Below, piece by piece: positions 29,433 to 37,437 of a stretch of 50,559 nt of DNA. Within the stretch, counting starts at the first letter, position 1; each line of letters starts with the position of its first letter. This stretch comes from Lachnospiraceae bacterium (GTDB lineage Bacteria > Bacillota > Clostridia > Lachnospirales > Lachnospiraceae): positions 1 through 50,559 of the forward strand of contig JAUMWM010000002.1 in assembly GCA_030529705.1 (NCBI GenBank), in the 5' to 3' direction. Under the pieces are notes generated by a model, which was given only the letters and a program-made list of their open reading frames with translations, had not been told where the DNA came from and did not search any database. The position numbers and the translations under genes were made by a program.

Positions 29433-30494
29433 ATGCATGACAATCTTACAGCTATAGATTTGTTTTCCGGTGCAGGAGGGTTGCACCTGGGGTTCGAACA
29501 AGCAGGATACGATATCAAGTTGTGCATAGACAACGACGATCTTGTTGAAAAGACGCACAAAAGAAACTATCCTAACATTCCTTTGATAAAAGGCGACATT
29601 CGACACATTACATCGGGGGAAATCCGACAATATCTGAGAGGTGAGGCCCTGGACGTAATCATTGGCGGCCCGCCTTGCCAGGGCTTTTCCACCATAGGCC
29701 ACAGGGTATCCTCGAATCCGGAGAAAAGGTATGCGCACGATGCAAGGAATGAGCTGGTTTTGGTCTATGCGGACCTGATTAAGGAGCTTCGTCCCAAGTT
29801 CATAGTCATGGAGAATGTAAAGGGCATACTGACGTTGGACAAAGGAGCATATCTGGATACCGTGATGCGCACTCTTCGGGAGGCTGGATATGAAGCAGGG
29901 TATAAGCTCATCAACATGGCTGATTTTGGCGTTCCGGAAATCAGGCACCGAGTCATTATTATAGGGAATCGCGTAGGCCTTCCGGTCAAGTTCCCGGAAC
30001 CGGATCACTCTGATAATCCTGACGATGGCCTGGCGGGGTGGACTCCGTGCTGGGACGTGCTACGCGACCTGGCTGAAATGCCGGATAATCCGGACTTTAA
30101 TCATGTAGCCCTCCGGCATACGCCAAAAAACATAGAACGTTACAAATTGATCCCGCAGGGCGGCAGACTGCCGGAAGACGCCCTGTCCCCGGAATTGTAC
30201 AGAAAGAATTTCGGCAATACGTTCAAAAGGCTGGATCCGAACAGGCCCTCATTGACCATGGTTCCCGGAAATGATGCGTTTCCCATCCACCCCACCCTCA
30301 ACAGGAGTTTGACTGTCAGGGAGGCCGCACGGATTCAGACGTTTCCCGACTGGGTGATATTCGAGGGGAACCGCAGACAGCAGGGACACCAGGTCGGAAA
30401 TGCGGTTCCTCCGATGTTCTCGAAAAAGCTGGGGGATTTTATTGCCGCAGAGATACAGAAAGCGAAAGAACAGGGGATATATGATTGCGATTGA
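29433..30494 (+). CDS. DNA (cytosine-5)-methyltransferase M1, 353 aa
   Basis: Motifs I DLFSGAGG, IV GGPPCQGFS, VI MENVKG, VIII GVPEIRHR, IX LTVREAARIQTFPD, X QVGNAVPP. Confidence 0.95.
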   Translation: MHDNLTAIDLFSGAGGLHLGFEQAGYDIKLCIDNDDLVEKTHKRNYPNIPLIKGDIRHITSGEIRQYLRGEALDVIIGGPPCQGFSTIGHRVSSNPEKRYAHDARNELVLVYADLIKELRPKFIVMENVKGILTLDKGAYLDTVMRTLREAGYEAGYKLINMADFGVPEIRHRVIIIGNRVGLPVKFPEPDHSDNPDDGLAGWTPCWDVLRDLAEMPDNPDFNHVALRHTPKNIERYKLIPQGGRLPEDALSPELYRKNFGNTFKRLDPNRPSLTMVPGNDAFPIHPTLNRSLTVREAARIQTFPDWVIFEGNRRQQGHQVGNAVPPMFSKKLGDFIAAEIQKAKEQGIYDCD

Positions 30495-31551
30495 TTTGTT
30501 TTCAGGCGCGGGCGGCCTGACGCTGGCAACTCGGGATGCAGGATTTAACATAATTGTTTCAAATGAGATTAACCCGACATTTGCAAAAACCCATGATTAT
30601 AATTTCCCCGATATCCCCATGATATCGGATGATATCAACCATGTCACTCCCGACAAATTGAACAAATACATAAATGGGCGCGAAGTGGACCTGGTTGAGG
30701 GAGGACCGCCCTGCCAAGGGTTCTCGGTATTCGGAAAGAGGCGGTTCGTCAACACGCAAGGATACAATCCAAGGGATGACGCCAGAAATTACCTTGTCTA
30801 CCAGTTTATCCGGATCGTGGAAGAGACAAACCCGAAGTTCTTTTTCATGGAAAACGTAAAGGGGTTCATGAGCCTTGACAAGGGGATGTTCGTTGAGGAA
30901 GTCAAGAAAGAGTTCCAGAGGATCGGATACAAGGATATCTGGTGTTCGGTCGTCTGCGCAGCGGATTACGGTGTGCCTCAGGAACGGTACAGGATGTTCA
31001 TGATTGGGAACAGGCTGGGTTTGGATTTTATGCCCCCTGCCTGTACGCATTTTTCGGATGACTCAGACGGAAAGCCGAAGTATAGGACCGTCGGCGATGC
31101 GATTATGGATTTGGCCGGGAAGGAGAATGAGGTTCCCAACCACGTCCCCCTGAAGCATAAGCCCATAGTTGAGGCAAGGTACAGTTATATAAAAGAAGGA
31201 AGCCGGCTGAATGTTGATGACTTGCCGCCGGAACTGGCTATCTCAACCCGCAAGGATTCGAAAACAGGGAAAGTTGCGAACTACAGCCATGTTTTCAGAA
31301 GGCTTGACCGCGGAAAGCCATCTACAACCATGGTTCCCGGCCATAACGCTTTTCCAATCCATCCGACATTGAACAGGACGTTGACAGCCAGGGAGGCCGC
31401 CAGAATTCAGACGTTCCCTGACAGCCACGTTTTCTTCGGGACGAGGCAGGAGCAATGCATACAAGTGGGGAATGCTGTTCCGCCTAAAATGGCGGAACCA
31501 TTTTTGAGGCGGATACATAGTTATATATTGGAGGGAAAGAATGAGCCATGA
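30481..31551 (+). CDS. DNA (cytosine-5)-methyltransferase M2, 356 aa
   Basis: Motifs DLFSGAGG, GGPPCQGFS, MENVKG, GVPQERYR, REAARIQTFPD, QVGNAVPP; start set to ATG 30481 (RBS AGGGG), overlapping the M1 end by 14 nt. Confidence 0.95.
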   Translation: MIAIDLFSGAGGLTLATRDAGFNIIVSNEINPTFAKTHDYNFPDIPMISDDINHVTPDKLNKYINGREVDLVEGGPPCQGFSVFGKRRFVNTQGYNPRDDARNYLVYQFIRIVEETNPKFFFMENVKGFMSLDKGMFVEEVKKEFQRIGYKDIWCSVVCAADYGVPQERYRMFMIGNRLGLDFMPPACTHFSDDSDGKPKYRTVGDAIMDLAGKENEVPNHVPLKHKPIVEARYSYIKEGSRLNVDDLPPELAISTRKDSKTGKVANYSHVFRRLDRGKPSTTMVPGHNAFPIHPTLNRTLTAREAARIQTFPDSHVFFGTRQEQCIQVGNAVPPKMAEPFLRRIHSYILEGKNEP

Positions 31552-33043
31552 TAGCGAAGCGGCATTTGCATCGGGGGAGGTTGCCGGCATTATCCAGCGG
31601 AACGCGAATCAATTTTTCGGCTCTCTGACGGCAGGGGGAATTTGGACATTGTGTTCCGGAAGAGAGGGAAGCGCGGCATGGCCTCTGGCAGATGGCGTGA
31701 TAAAGGCTGAGAACTCGAAGAAAACGGTTGCAGCGGTGAACATAGCGTTTGAGTACAAACGGCAAAACGAGGGAGTCCACGGTATGCTGACCGCATTAGG
31801 GCAGTCGCTTGCTTACGTGGAGAAGGGGTATGATGCGTCAGTTGTATGCATACCGAAACGTTATTCCAGCCATAATGCTCCTGGAGAACACCTGAAACGC
31901 ATAATAGAAGCGACTGCACCGAATGCCCCTATCGCCGTGTACGTATATGATGCGCCAAACATGGCAGACATCAGGCCGTTTCTGGGAAAAATCGAATGCG
32001 TTCGAGACATAGATTTGTCAAAGACCACGGTGCCAAGGAAAGCGGGCGGCAAAAAAATATCAGGCCAGATTAGTACGGTATGGGCGCATGTGCGCGAAGG
32101 CATGAGCCACCCGGACGCTTTCTTCCGATATTGTCAGGCGGTTAAAGTTGTTTCCTCCGTGGGGGAAAGAAGGACGGACTACAAACTTCCTAACGAACCC
32201 ATTGAAGCGGTCAAGTGCATAGATTCTGATGCGGATCCGATATTGTATCTCTCGAACACTGTCGGAGACGCCTTGAAAGACAAGACCTGGCGATATGTGT
32301 GGTATCATTATTATTTCAGAGACGAGCAAATACCAATTTTTAAGAGCCGATCTCCTTACACCGTTAATGACTCGGAGACAATGATCCGCATTAACGAAAA
32401 TCAAAACCAAAGACTCTTTTCTGGCAGAAAGGACTCTATTAAAAATAAGATAGTGGATAAGCTGAATGCAGATTCCAACTATACAGAAAATGAAGCCTGG
32501 GAGGATTATGTAAAAAAAGTGAGGAAAGATGCCCACAGTTACAGAGAGGTAATTGACTCCGGACTGTTTCAGCTGGGCTTGATTGATGCTGATGGGTTTC
32601 TGACAAACCATGGTTTTAAGTATGTGAGCGCTTGCGAGAAGGCAGGGAATAATCCTTATGCAGAAGAACCAATGAACATCTTGCGAGCTGTCAGTTTACA
32701 GATTGGCCAGTATGACGTATTTCTCTATACGGCGCATAAGTATTCGCGCAAAAGATTTGCGGCATATTTTGATGATTTCACCAGAAAAAGAGGAGGGAAT
32801 GAACCTGAATTTCAAGCGACAGATTATTTAGAGTGGCTGAACGAGGTGCTCACGAATCAATTGCACATGTACCGTAAAAGCACAACGAGAGCGGGAGGGA
32901 CGAGGAAACCATTCCAGGCAGAGATGTCATATCTGAAGAAACTCGGCTTTGTTTATCAAGACGAGTCTTTCAGGAGGGGGATTGGTCTGAACATTGATTG
33001 GCCTTTGGTCGAGAGCAGCCTAGTGTTCTTCAACAGTTTATGA
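31541..33043 (+). CDS. Putative restriction endonuclease, PD-(D/E)XK-like, 500 aa
   Basis: PLADG...AFEYK...GQSLAY pattern near the N-terminus; LGLIDADGFLTNHG winged-helix-like signature; overlaps the M2 stop by 11 nt. Function inferred from context. Confidence 0.6.
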   Translation: MSHDSEAAFASGEVAGIIQRNANQFFGSLTAGGIWTLCSGREGSAAWPLADGVIKAENSKKTVAAVNIAFEYKRQNEGVHGMLTALGQSLAYVEKGYDASVVCIPKRYSSHNAPGEHLKRIIEATAPNAPIAVYVYDAPNMADIRPFLGKIECVRDIDLSKTTVPRKAGGKKISGQISTVWAHVREGMSHPDAFFRYCQAVKVVSSVGERRTDYKLPNEPIEAVKCIDSDADPILYLSNTVGDALKDKTWRYVWYHYYFRDEQIPIFKSRSPYTVNDSETMIRINENQNQRLFSGRKDSIKNKIVDKLNADSNYTENEAWEDYVKKVRKDAHSYREVIDSGLFQLGLIDADGFLTNHGFKYVSACEKAGNNPYAEEPMNILRAVSLQIGQYDVFLYTAHKYSRKRFAAYFDDFTRKRGGNEPEFQATDYLEWLNEVLTNQLHMYRKSTTRAGGTRKPFQAEMSYLKKLGFVYQDESFRRGIGLNIDWPLVESSLVFFNSL

Positions 33044-33163
33044 TTTGTCCGGATTTTTGAAGTACGAGGCCTTGAGATGGCATCTGTTTGCAATTGCAGC
33101 AGAATAGTCCATGGAATGGTGCTATGTAGAAAGCAGCACAGCGGATTAGGGAGGTGTATAACT

Positions 33164-33364
33164 ATGAATGGGACTGAAATGAGACCTCTTCCGAGGTTTC
33201 TTAAGGGCGAACCACTTCCGGCTGGTTACTATGACCCACCGAATCCTTATGTCAGCGCACCATCATGCCATGTAAATCTTCCGGCCTTATCATATTATGC
33301 AAAAAAGACTGGCAAAAAGCTAACAGAGCTGACAAAGGAAGAAGTTAAACAGTTCGCCATCTGA
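33164..33364 (+). CDS. Small hypothetical protein, 66 aa
   Basis: Strong RBS AGGGAGGTG 7 nt before ATG 33164; ends just before the terminator. Confidence 0.65.
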   Translation: MNGTEMRPLPRFLKGEPLPAGYYDPPNPYVSAPSCHVNLPALSYYAKKTGKKLTELTKEEVKQFAI

Positions 33365-33390
33365 GCAAACAAAATTATCAAATCGTTCAA

Positions 33391-33429
33391 TAAAAAAGCT
33401 TGCATAGCTACGCTATGCAAGCTTTTTTA
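33391..33429. terminator. Bidirectional intrinsic terminator
   Basis: TAAAAAAGCTTGCATAGC-TAC-GCTATGCAAGCTTTTTTA perfect palindrome between convergent genes. Confidence 0.9.
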
Positions 33430-33466
33430 CTGCTCTTACTAAATTTTGCCTATTGTCCTTTTCGCA

Positions 33467-34339
33467 TCACTTGGATCTTCTTTTCAATCCGGCAAATACA
33501 AATATCAGGCCAATCGCCGCAAGCACTGGCACGGGCCACCAAAGCTGTCCCGTCTTCGGAAGAGGAGAGGATGGCGTTGTAGTCGCCCTCGGCGTCGTTG
33601 TGACGATGGTTTTTGTCGGGGTCACCGTCGTCCTTGTGTTCGGCGTAGGCGTGGTTGTCGAAAGCGGAATGCTCGGAGTCGGCGTTACGCTGCCAAGCGG
33701 AGGCGTGACTGTCTCTTTGCCGCCGCCCGGGGTGATAATGGTAGGCGTTATGGATGTATCAGGCGGCGTTTCCGAACCGCCTCCTCCGCCCGGCGTAAGC
33801 CGACCGTATGACAGCTTCGGATTTGCGTCAACATCATAAATCCATTCCTCTCCATCAGCCGAACTCACCGGAATAGACACGAGGAATGGCATTACCGGCT
33901 TATACCCCATCGTCGCCGCGGTCTGGATGACAAGGTACAACCCGACGCTCAAATCCTGGAATACGGCTACACCGTTTTCATCGGTAAGAACCGTATCAAG
34001 CGCATCGAGATCGCTCTCCTCCGCATATGCGGCAAGAGATGCTGGCAACTCTTCCAGTTCAAGGTCGGAGAGATCCGCTCCGCTATCCTCGAATTCCGGG
34101 GTCAGCACCCATCTGGAATCTGCGTCATCTACATATAACTCCCCTGCTTTGAAGAGTTCAAGAGACGCCCCCAGTTCCGGCATGAACGCATCTTCATCGT
34201 TCAGAGTGATCGTGATACTCCCCGGGATCTCGACATCCGGAGCATCTTTTGCCGACACACTAACGCCACTGAGCATAAATGTCAGCAAAGACGTGAGGAT
34301 TATTATAAGTCCACCCCTTTTATGTTGAAAATTACTCAT
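33467..34339 (-). CDS. Putative basal/minor pilin with LPKTG anchor, 290 aa
   Basis: Signal peptide; one isopeptide-type domain (GSITI...TDENG.A.F.DL..GLYLV); YDVDANPK pilin-like motif; Pro/Thr-rich linker; LPKTG, TM, KRRSK. Start ATG 34339 with RBS AGGAGAAGG. Confidence 0.8.
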   Translation of the reverse strand: MSNFQHKRGGLIIILTSLLTFMLSGVSVSAKDAPDVEIPGSITITLNDEDAFMPELGASLELFKAGELYVDDADSRWVLTPEFEDSGADLSDLELEELPASLAAYAEESDLDALDTVLTDENGVAVFQDLSVGLYLVIQTAATMGYKPVMPFLVSIPVSSADGEEWIYDVDANPKLSYGRLTPGGGGGSETPPDTSITPTIITPGGGKETVTPPLGSVTPTPSIPLSTTTPTPNTRTTVTPTKTIVTTTPRATTTPSSPLPKTGQLWWPVPVLAAIGLIFVFAGLKRRSK

Positions 34340-34386
34340 AGCCCTTCTCCTTTTCATTAGTTTTTTCCATATTTCAAACGTGAAAT

Positions 34387-35238
34387 TTAAACACGTAAAG
34401 TCTTTCTCTTTACATGAGGCTTTTTTCTTGTCGTAACAAGCATCATAATTAGCAGTATTATTAGTATGGGTGCCGCTACAAACGGAGCCACATATATTTT
34501 ATCGATAATCATCGCATCGGCAGTCACTCTTAGATTTGCCTGCACATTTGGAATCCTGTGGCCTCGGATAAGAATCCGATGGCTATTGATTCCATAGGGC
34601 GTGCATGTTACGAGTGTACAGTAATCTTTTCCTTTTTCAATCTGTATATATTTCATATTAGAGGGTTCTACCACTCGTATCTGATCAACCTCATATGTGA
34701 GAACCTGGTCTAATACATTAAGTGTCCAAGTGTCTCCCTCGACAAGTTTGACAATATCCGTAAACAGCTTTGCTGTCGGGAGACCTCTATGACCCGAAAC
34801 AACGCAGTGGGACGATTCTCCTCCAACCGGCAAGCTCGTTCCAACTATGTGTCCTACAGCGATTCGCAGTATAGTATCTTCCGTATTATGATAGACAGGA
34901 AGAGTCTCATTAATTTTGGGAATATCAATGTACCCCATTACCCCGGATCCGCTCACATTAAGGACACGGTTATATTCCTCCATTTCTTCCTCTGTCATAT
35001 CAAAGTTCAAACCGGTTTCGCTCAATTTCTTATTGTACTCTATCGCCTCGTTAAGGATTTTTTCATATTCACTTTTATCCATTGAGGCTACTTCTGACAT
35101 ATACGATGCTACATATCCGGTCTGGGTCAAAGAGTTCCACCAGTTTGCGGCACTGGGATATAACATAAGACCTGCGCCTACCAGCATAATAGCAAATAGA
35201 ATTATTGTTATAATTTTACTTCTCAGCCATTTATTCAT
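34387..35238 (-). CDS. srtC: Class C (pilus-polymerising) sortase
   Basis: SGHRGLP, TLVTCTPYGINSHR; N- and C-terminal TM helices; adjacent pilins. Confidence 0.93.
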   Translation of the reverse strand: MNKWLRSKIITIILFAIMLVGAGLMLYPSAANWWNSLTQTGYVASYMSEVASMDKSEYEKILNEAIEYNKKLSETGLNFDMTEEEMEEYNRVLNVSGSGVMGYIDIPKINETLPVYHNTEDTILRIAVGHIVGTSLPVGGESSHCVVSGHRGLPTAKLFTDIVKLVEGDTWTLNVLDQVLTYEVDQIRVVEPSNMKYIQIEKGKDYCTLVTCTPYGINSHRILIRGHRIPNVQANLRVTADAMIIDKIYVAPFVAAPILIILLIMMLVTTRKKPHVKRKTLRV

Positions 35239-35274
35239 TCTCTATTATCTGCCATTGTCCGAATAACGTTATTC

Positions 35275-35385
35275 AATACAATACAAATTTCTACAGATAT
35301 CTCAGCAGATTATATCTACACAAATTAGAATTGTATTTTTATATTTTGGTTTCTGTGGAAGGTCCGTATTGCGAACCTTCCACAG
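35275..35385 (-). other. Two intercistronic stem-loops between the backbone pilin and sortase genes
   Basis: 25-bp imperfect inverted repeat 35275-35299 / 35313-35337; 11-bp perfect stem 35353-35363 / 35375-35385. Confidence 0.6.
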
Positions 35386-35540
35386 TTTTGCGTATTAATG
35401 AGACTTACACTTCACCCCAAGGATGTTTTTCGTCTAGGCAAACATACTTTGCTGCCTTCAGCGAATCACAGCCATCTCTTTAAAACAAGGTCTACTACTT
35501 ACATTTCAAATCCTAAAACAATGATTTAATATAAGATACA

Positions 35541-37175
35541 TTACGCAGCCATGCGACGGCGTGTAACAAGGACAATGCCTGCACCCGCAACAAGAATTGC
35601 GCCAACTGTATAGAAAATCGTGGTGCCAATACCACCGGTTTCCGGAAGTTCAGACCCCTTCTTATTCATTACGTTAGCACTAAGAGTTCCAGTAGCTACC
35701 ACGGTTTCAAAGTTATCACTGCTTTCGAGAGCCGTCAGGACAAATGTCTCCGTTCCATCAATATAACCAGTTGTCGGATCAATTGCTATATTGTTTTTTG
35801 TATGCGTTGCAGTTATCGGGAATGCCAAAGCTTCAGCTCCGTTATAGCCGGACGGAACAGCTGTCTCGACTACAACATAGTTCCCATCGTCAAGTCCTGC
35901 GAACGTGAATACGGAGTTTTTTTCATCCGTTTCATTTTTCTTACTGGTGGTCTTCTTGTCTCCGCCAATTTCAATATAATACTTTTCATCTTCAAGTGCT
36001 GCGGCTTTCGCCTTGATATCATCGTTAAAGCCTTCTTTAATCTGAGCACCTGTTGTCGTTCCATCCTTAACCTCTTTGTAAAGCGTGAAGTCAGCATCTC
36101 CAAGAGGTGCCCCATTCTTATCTGTCTTATTGATAACAGTCTTATAGGTAAACGCAATGACAGTATCTTTCGGTGTCTCACCATTCTCGCCGCCCTGCTC
36201 GCTGTTCTGGTTGTTAGTGTAGGTAATCCAGGAAGTATTCGGGTTACCTGCCTGGCCGTAAACAACATTCTCCGCTGTCAGTTCTGATAAGTATTCGACG
36301 CGGATGACGCTGCCGTTCTTTACCCCAATATCTTGAAGATTTTTATTCGTGAAAGCAACATCGAAAGTATCACCATCGGTAGGATTCTGCGTCACTGTGT
36401 AATTATTAGAAGCGATTTCCTCAGTATTTTCGTCCAAGTAAACTTTTACAGAGCCGTCAACGAATTTAAGACCGCCGCCCTCCTGATCATGGAATGTTAG
36501 GGAATAGGTCTTATAATCTGTATAGTCGCTCGGGAGCGTTGCTGTAAGCTTAAAAGGAATCTGGTCTCCTACGTCGTGATCAGCACTGTCCTGCCAATTC
36601 GTAAAATTCTCATCCTCGGAGTCATTAATATCTTTAATTTTCTTTTCAGATGACGGAGCCTCAGCCTTAGGCGTGATGGTAATAACAGCATCTGTATCAG
36701 CGTTATAGTACAGGTAAGCACGGTTTACGACCGGAACGGCTGTCTCTACAGATTCATCTACGATAAGGAAATAACCAATACCCAGCTTGGTGTCGCCACT
36801 AGTTACTTCGATACCATCACCAAGATTCCCCTTATTTGCATATGCAATTTCTGCAAACTCAAGGGCTGCATCACTGTCATTATCGCTTCCAAGAGCCTCG
36901 ATCATGGCATCAATGCTGTCTGCACCTTTCAGAAGGGCAGTTTTAGCTGCATCCTTTACTCCTTCTGCCCAAGTAGCGTCAACAAGCTTTCCTTCAACTA
37001 CCGTATTAGACGTTAAAATCTTATACGCCTTATAAGTGTGACCATCAACGAGTGCATCCTTTGTTGCCGGACTTTGCTTTGTAAATACTTTTGTAGCCGC
37101 AGAAACGCTGACAGCCATAGACATAACCATAGCAAGTGTAAGCATAACCGCAAAGAGTTTCTTCATGTGCTTCAT
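35541..37175 (-). CDS. Major (backbone) pilin, SpaH/EbpB-like with isopeptide D2 domain, 544 aa
   Basis: Signal peptide; ITPK...P...KK pilin-motif region; VGDQIPFKLTATLP D2 domain; E-box YVVVETAVPSGY; LPETGGIG, TM, RRR; RBS AAGGAGG. Confidence 0.92.
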   Translation of the reverse strand: MKHMKKLFAVMLTLAMVMSMAVSVSAATKVFTKQSPATKDALVDGHTYKAYKILTSNTVVEGKLVDATWAEGVKDAAKTALLKGADSIDAMIEALGSDNDSDAALEFAEIAYANKGNLGDGIEVTSGDTKLGIGYFLIVDESVETAVPVVNRAYLYYNADTDAVITITPKAEAPSSEKKIKDINDSEDENFTNWQDSADHDVGDQIPFKLTATLPSDYTDYKTYSLTFHDQEGGGLKFVDGSVKVYLDENTEEIASNNYTVTQNPTDGDTFDVAFTNKNLQDIGVKNGSVIRVEYLSELTAENVVYGQAGNPNTSWITYTNNQNSEQGGENGETPKDTVIAFTYKTVINKTDKNGAPLGDADFTLYKEVKDGTTTGAQIKEGFNDDIKAKAAALEDEKYYIEIGGDKKTTSKKNETDEKNSVFTFAGLDDGNYVVVETAVPSGYNGAEALAFPITATHTKNNIAIDPTTGYIDGTETFVLTALESSDNFETVVATGTLSANVMNKKGSELPETGGIGTTIFYTVGAILVAGAGIVLVTRRRMAA

Positions 37176-37309
37176 TGTTTTTCCTCCTTATTATTTTTCC
37201 AAGCAGCACCATGTGTCGTCATATAGTTTCTACAATCCGCTTTTCCCCTTTTAGAGAGAGGAGACTCTGCGCCTCCTTTCCCTGTATTTGATTGATTGAA
37301 ACCTTTGTG

Positions 37310-37337
37310 GCAGGCCGCCCAAAGCCGGGCGGTCTGC
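37310..37337 (-). other. GC-rich stem-loop between the tip adhesin and backbone pilin genes
   Basis: GCAGGCCGCCC / GGGCGGTCTGC; no U-tract on the sense strand. Confidence 0.5.
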
Positions 37338-37437
37338 AATGACCCTTGTACATTCAATACATCGTTCTTTTCTGAAAGAACCAATGTCAGTGTTCGGACT
37401 TCGAATCCTCACGCCCGCATGAGGCGTATTGCGGTAA

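Noticed and set aside
29265-30008. 247-aa minus-strand ORF
   Set aside because: Antisense shadow of methyltransferase M1
29100-33430. Methyltransferase cassette as a bounded mobile element
   Set aside because: No integrase, transposase, terminal repeats or target duplication found by eye
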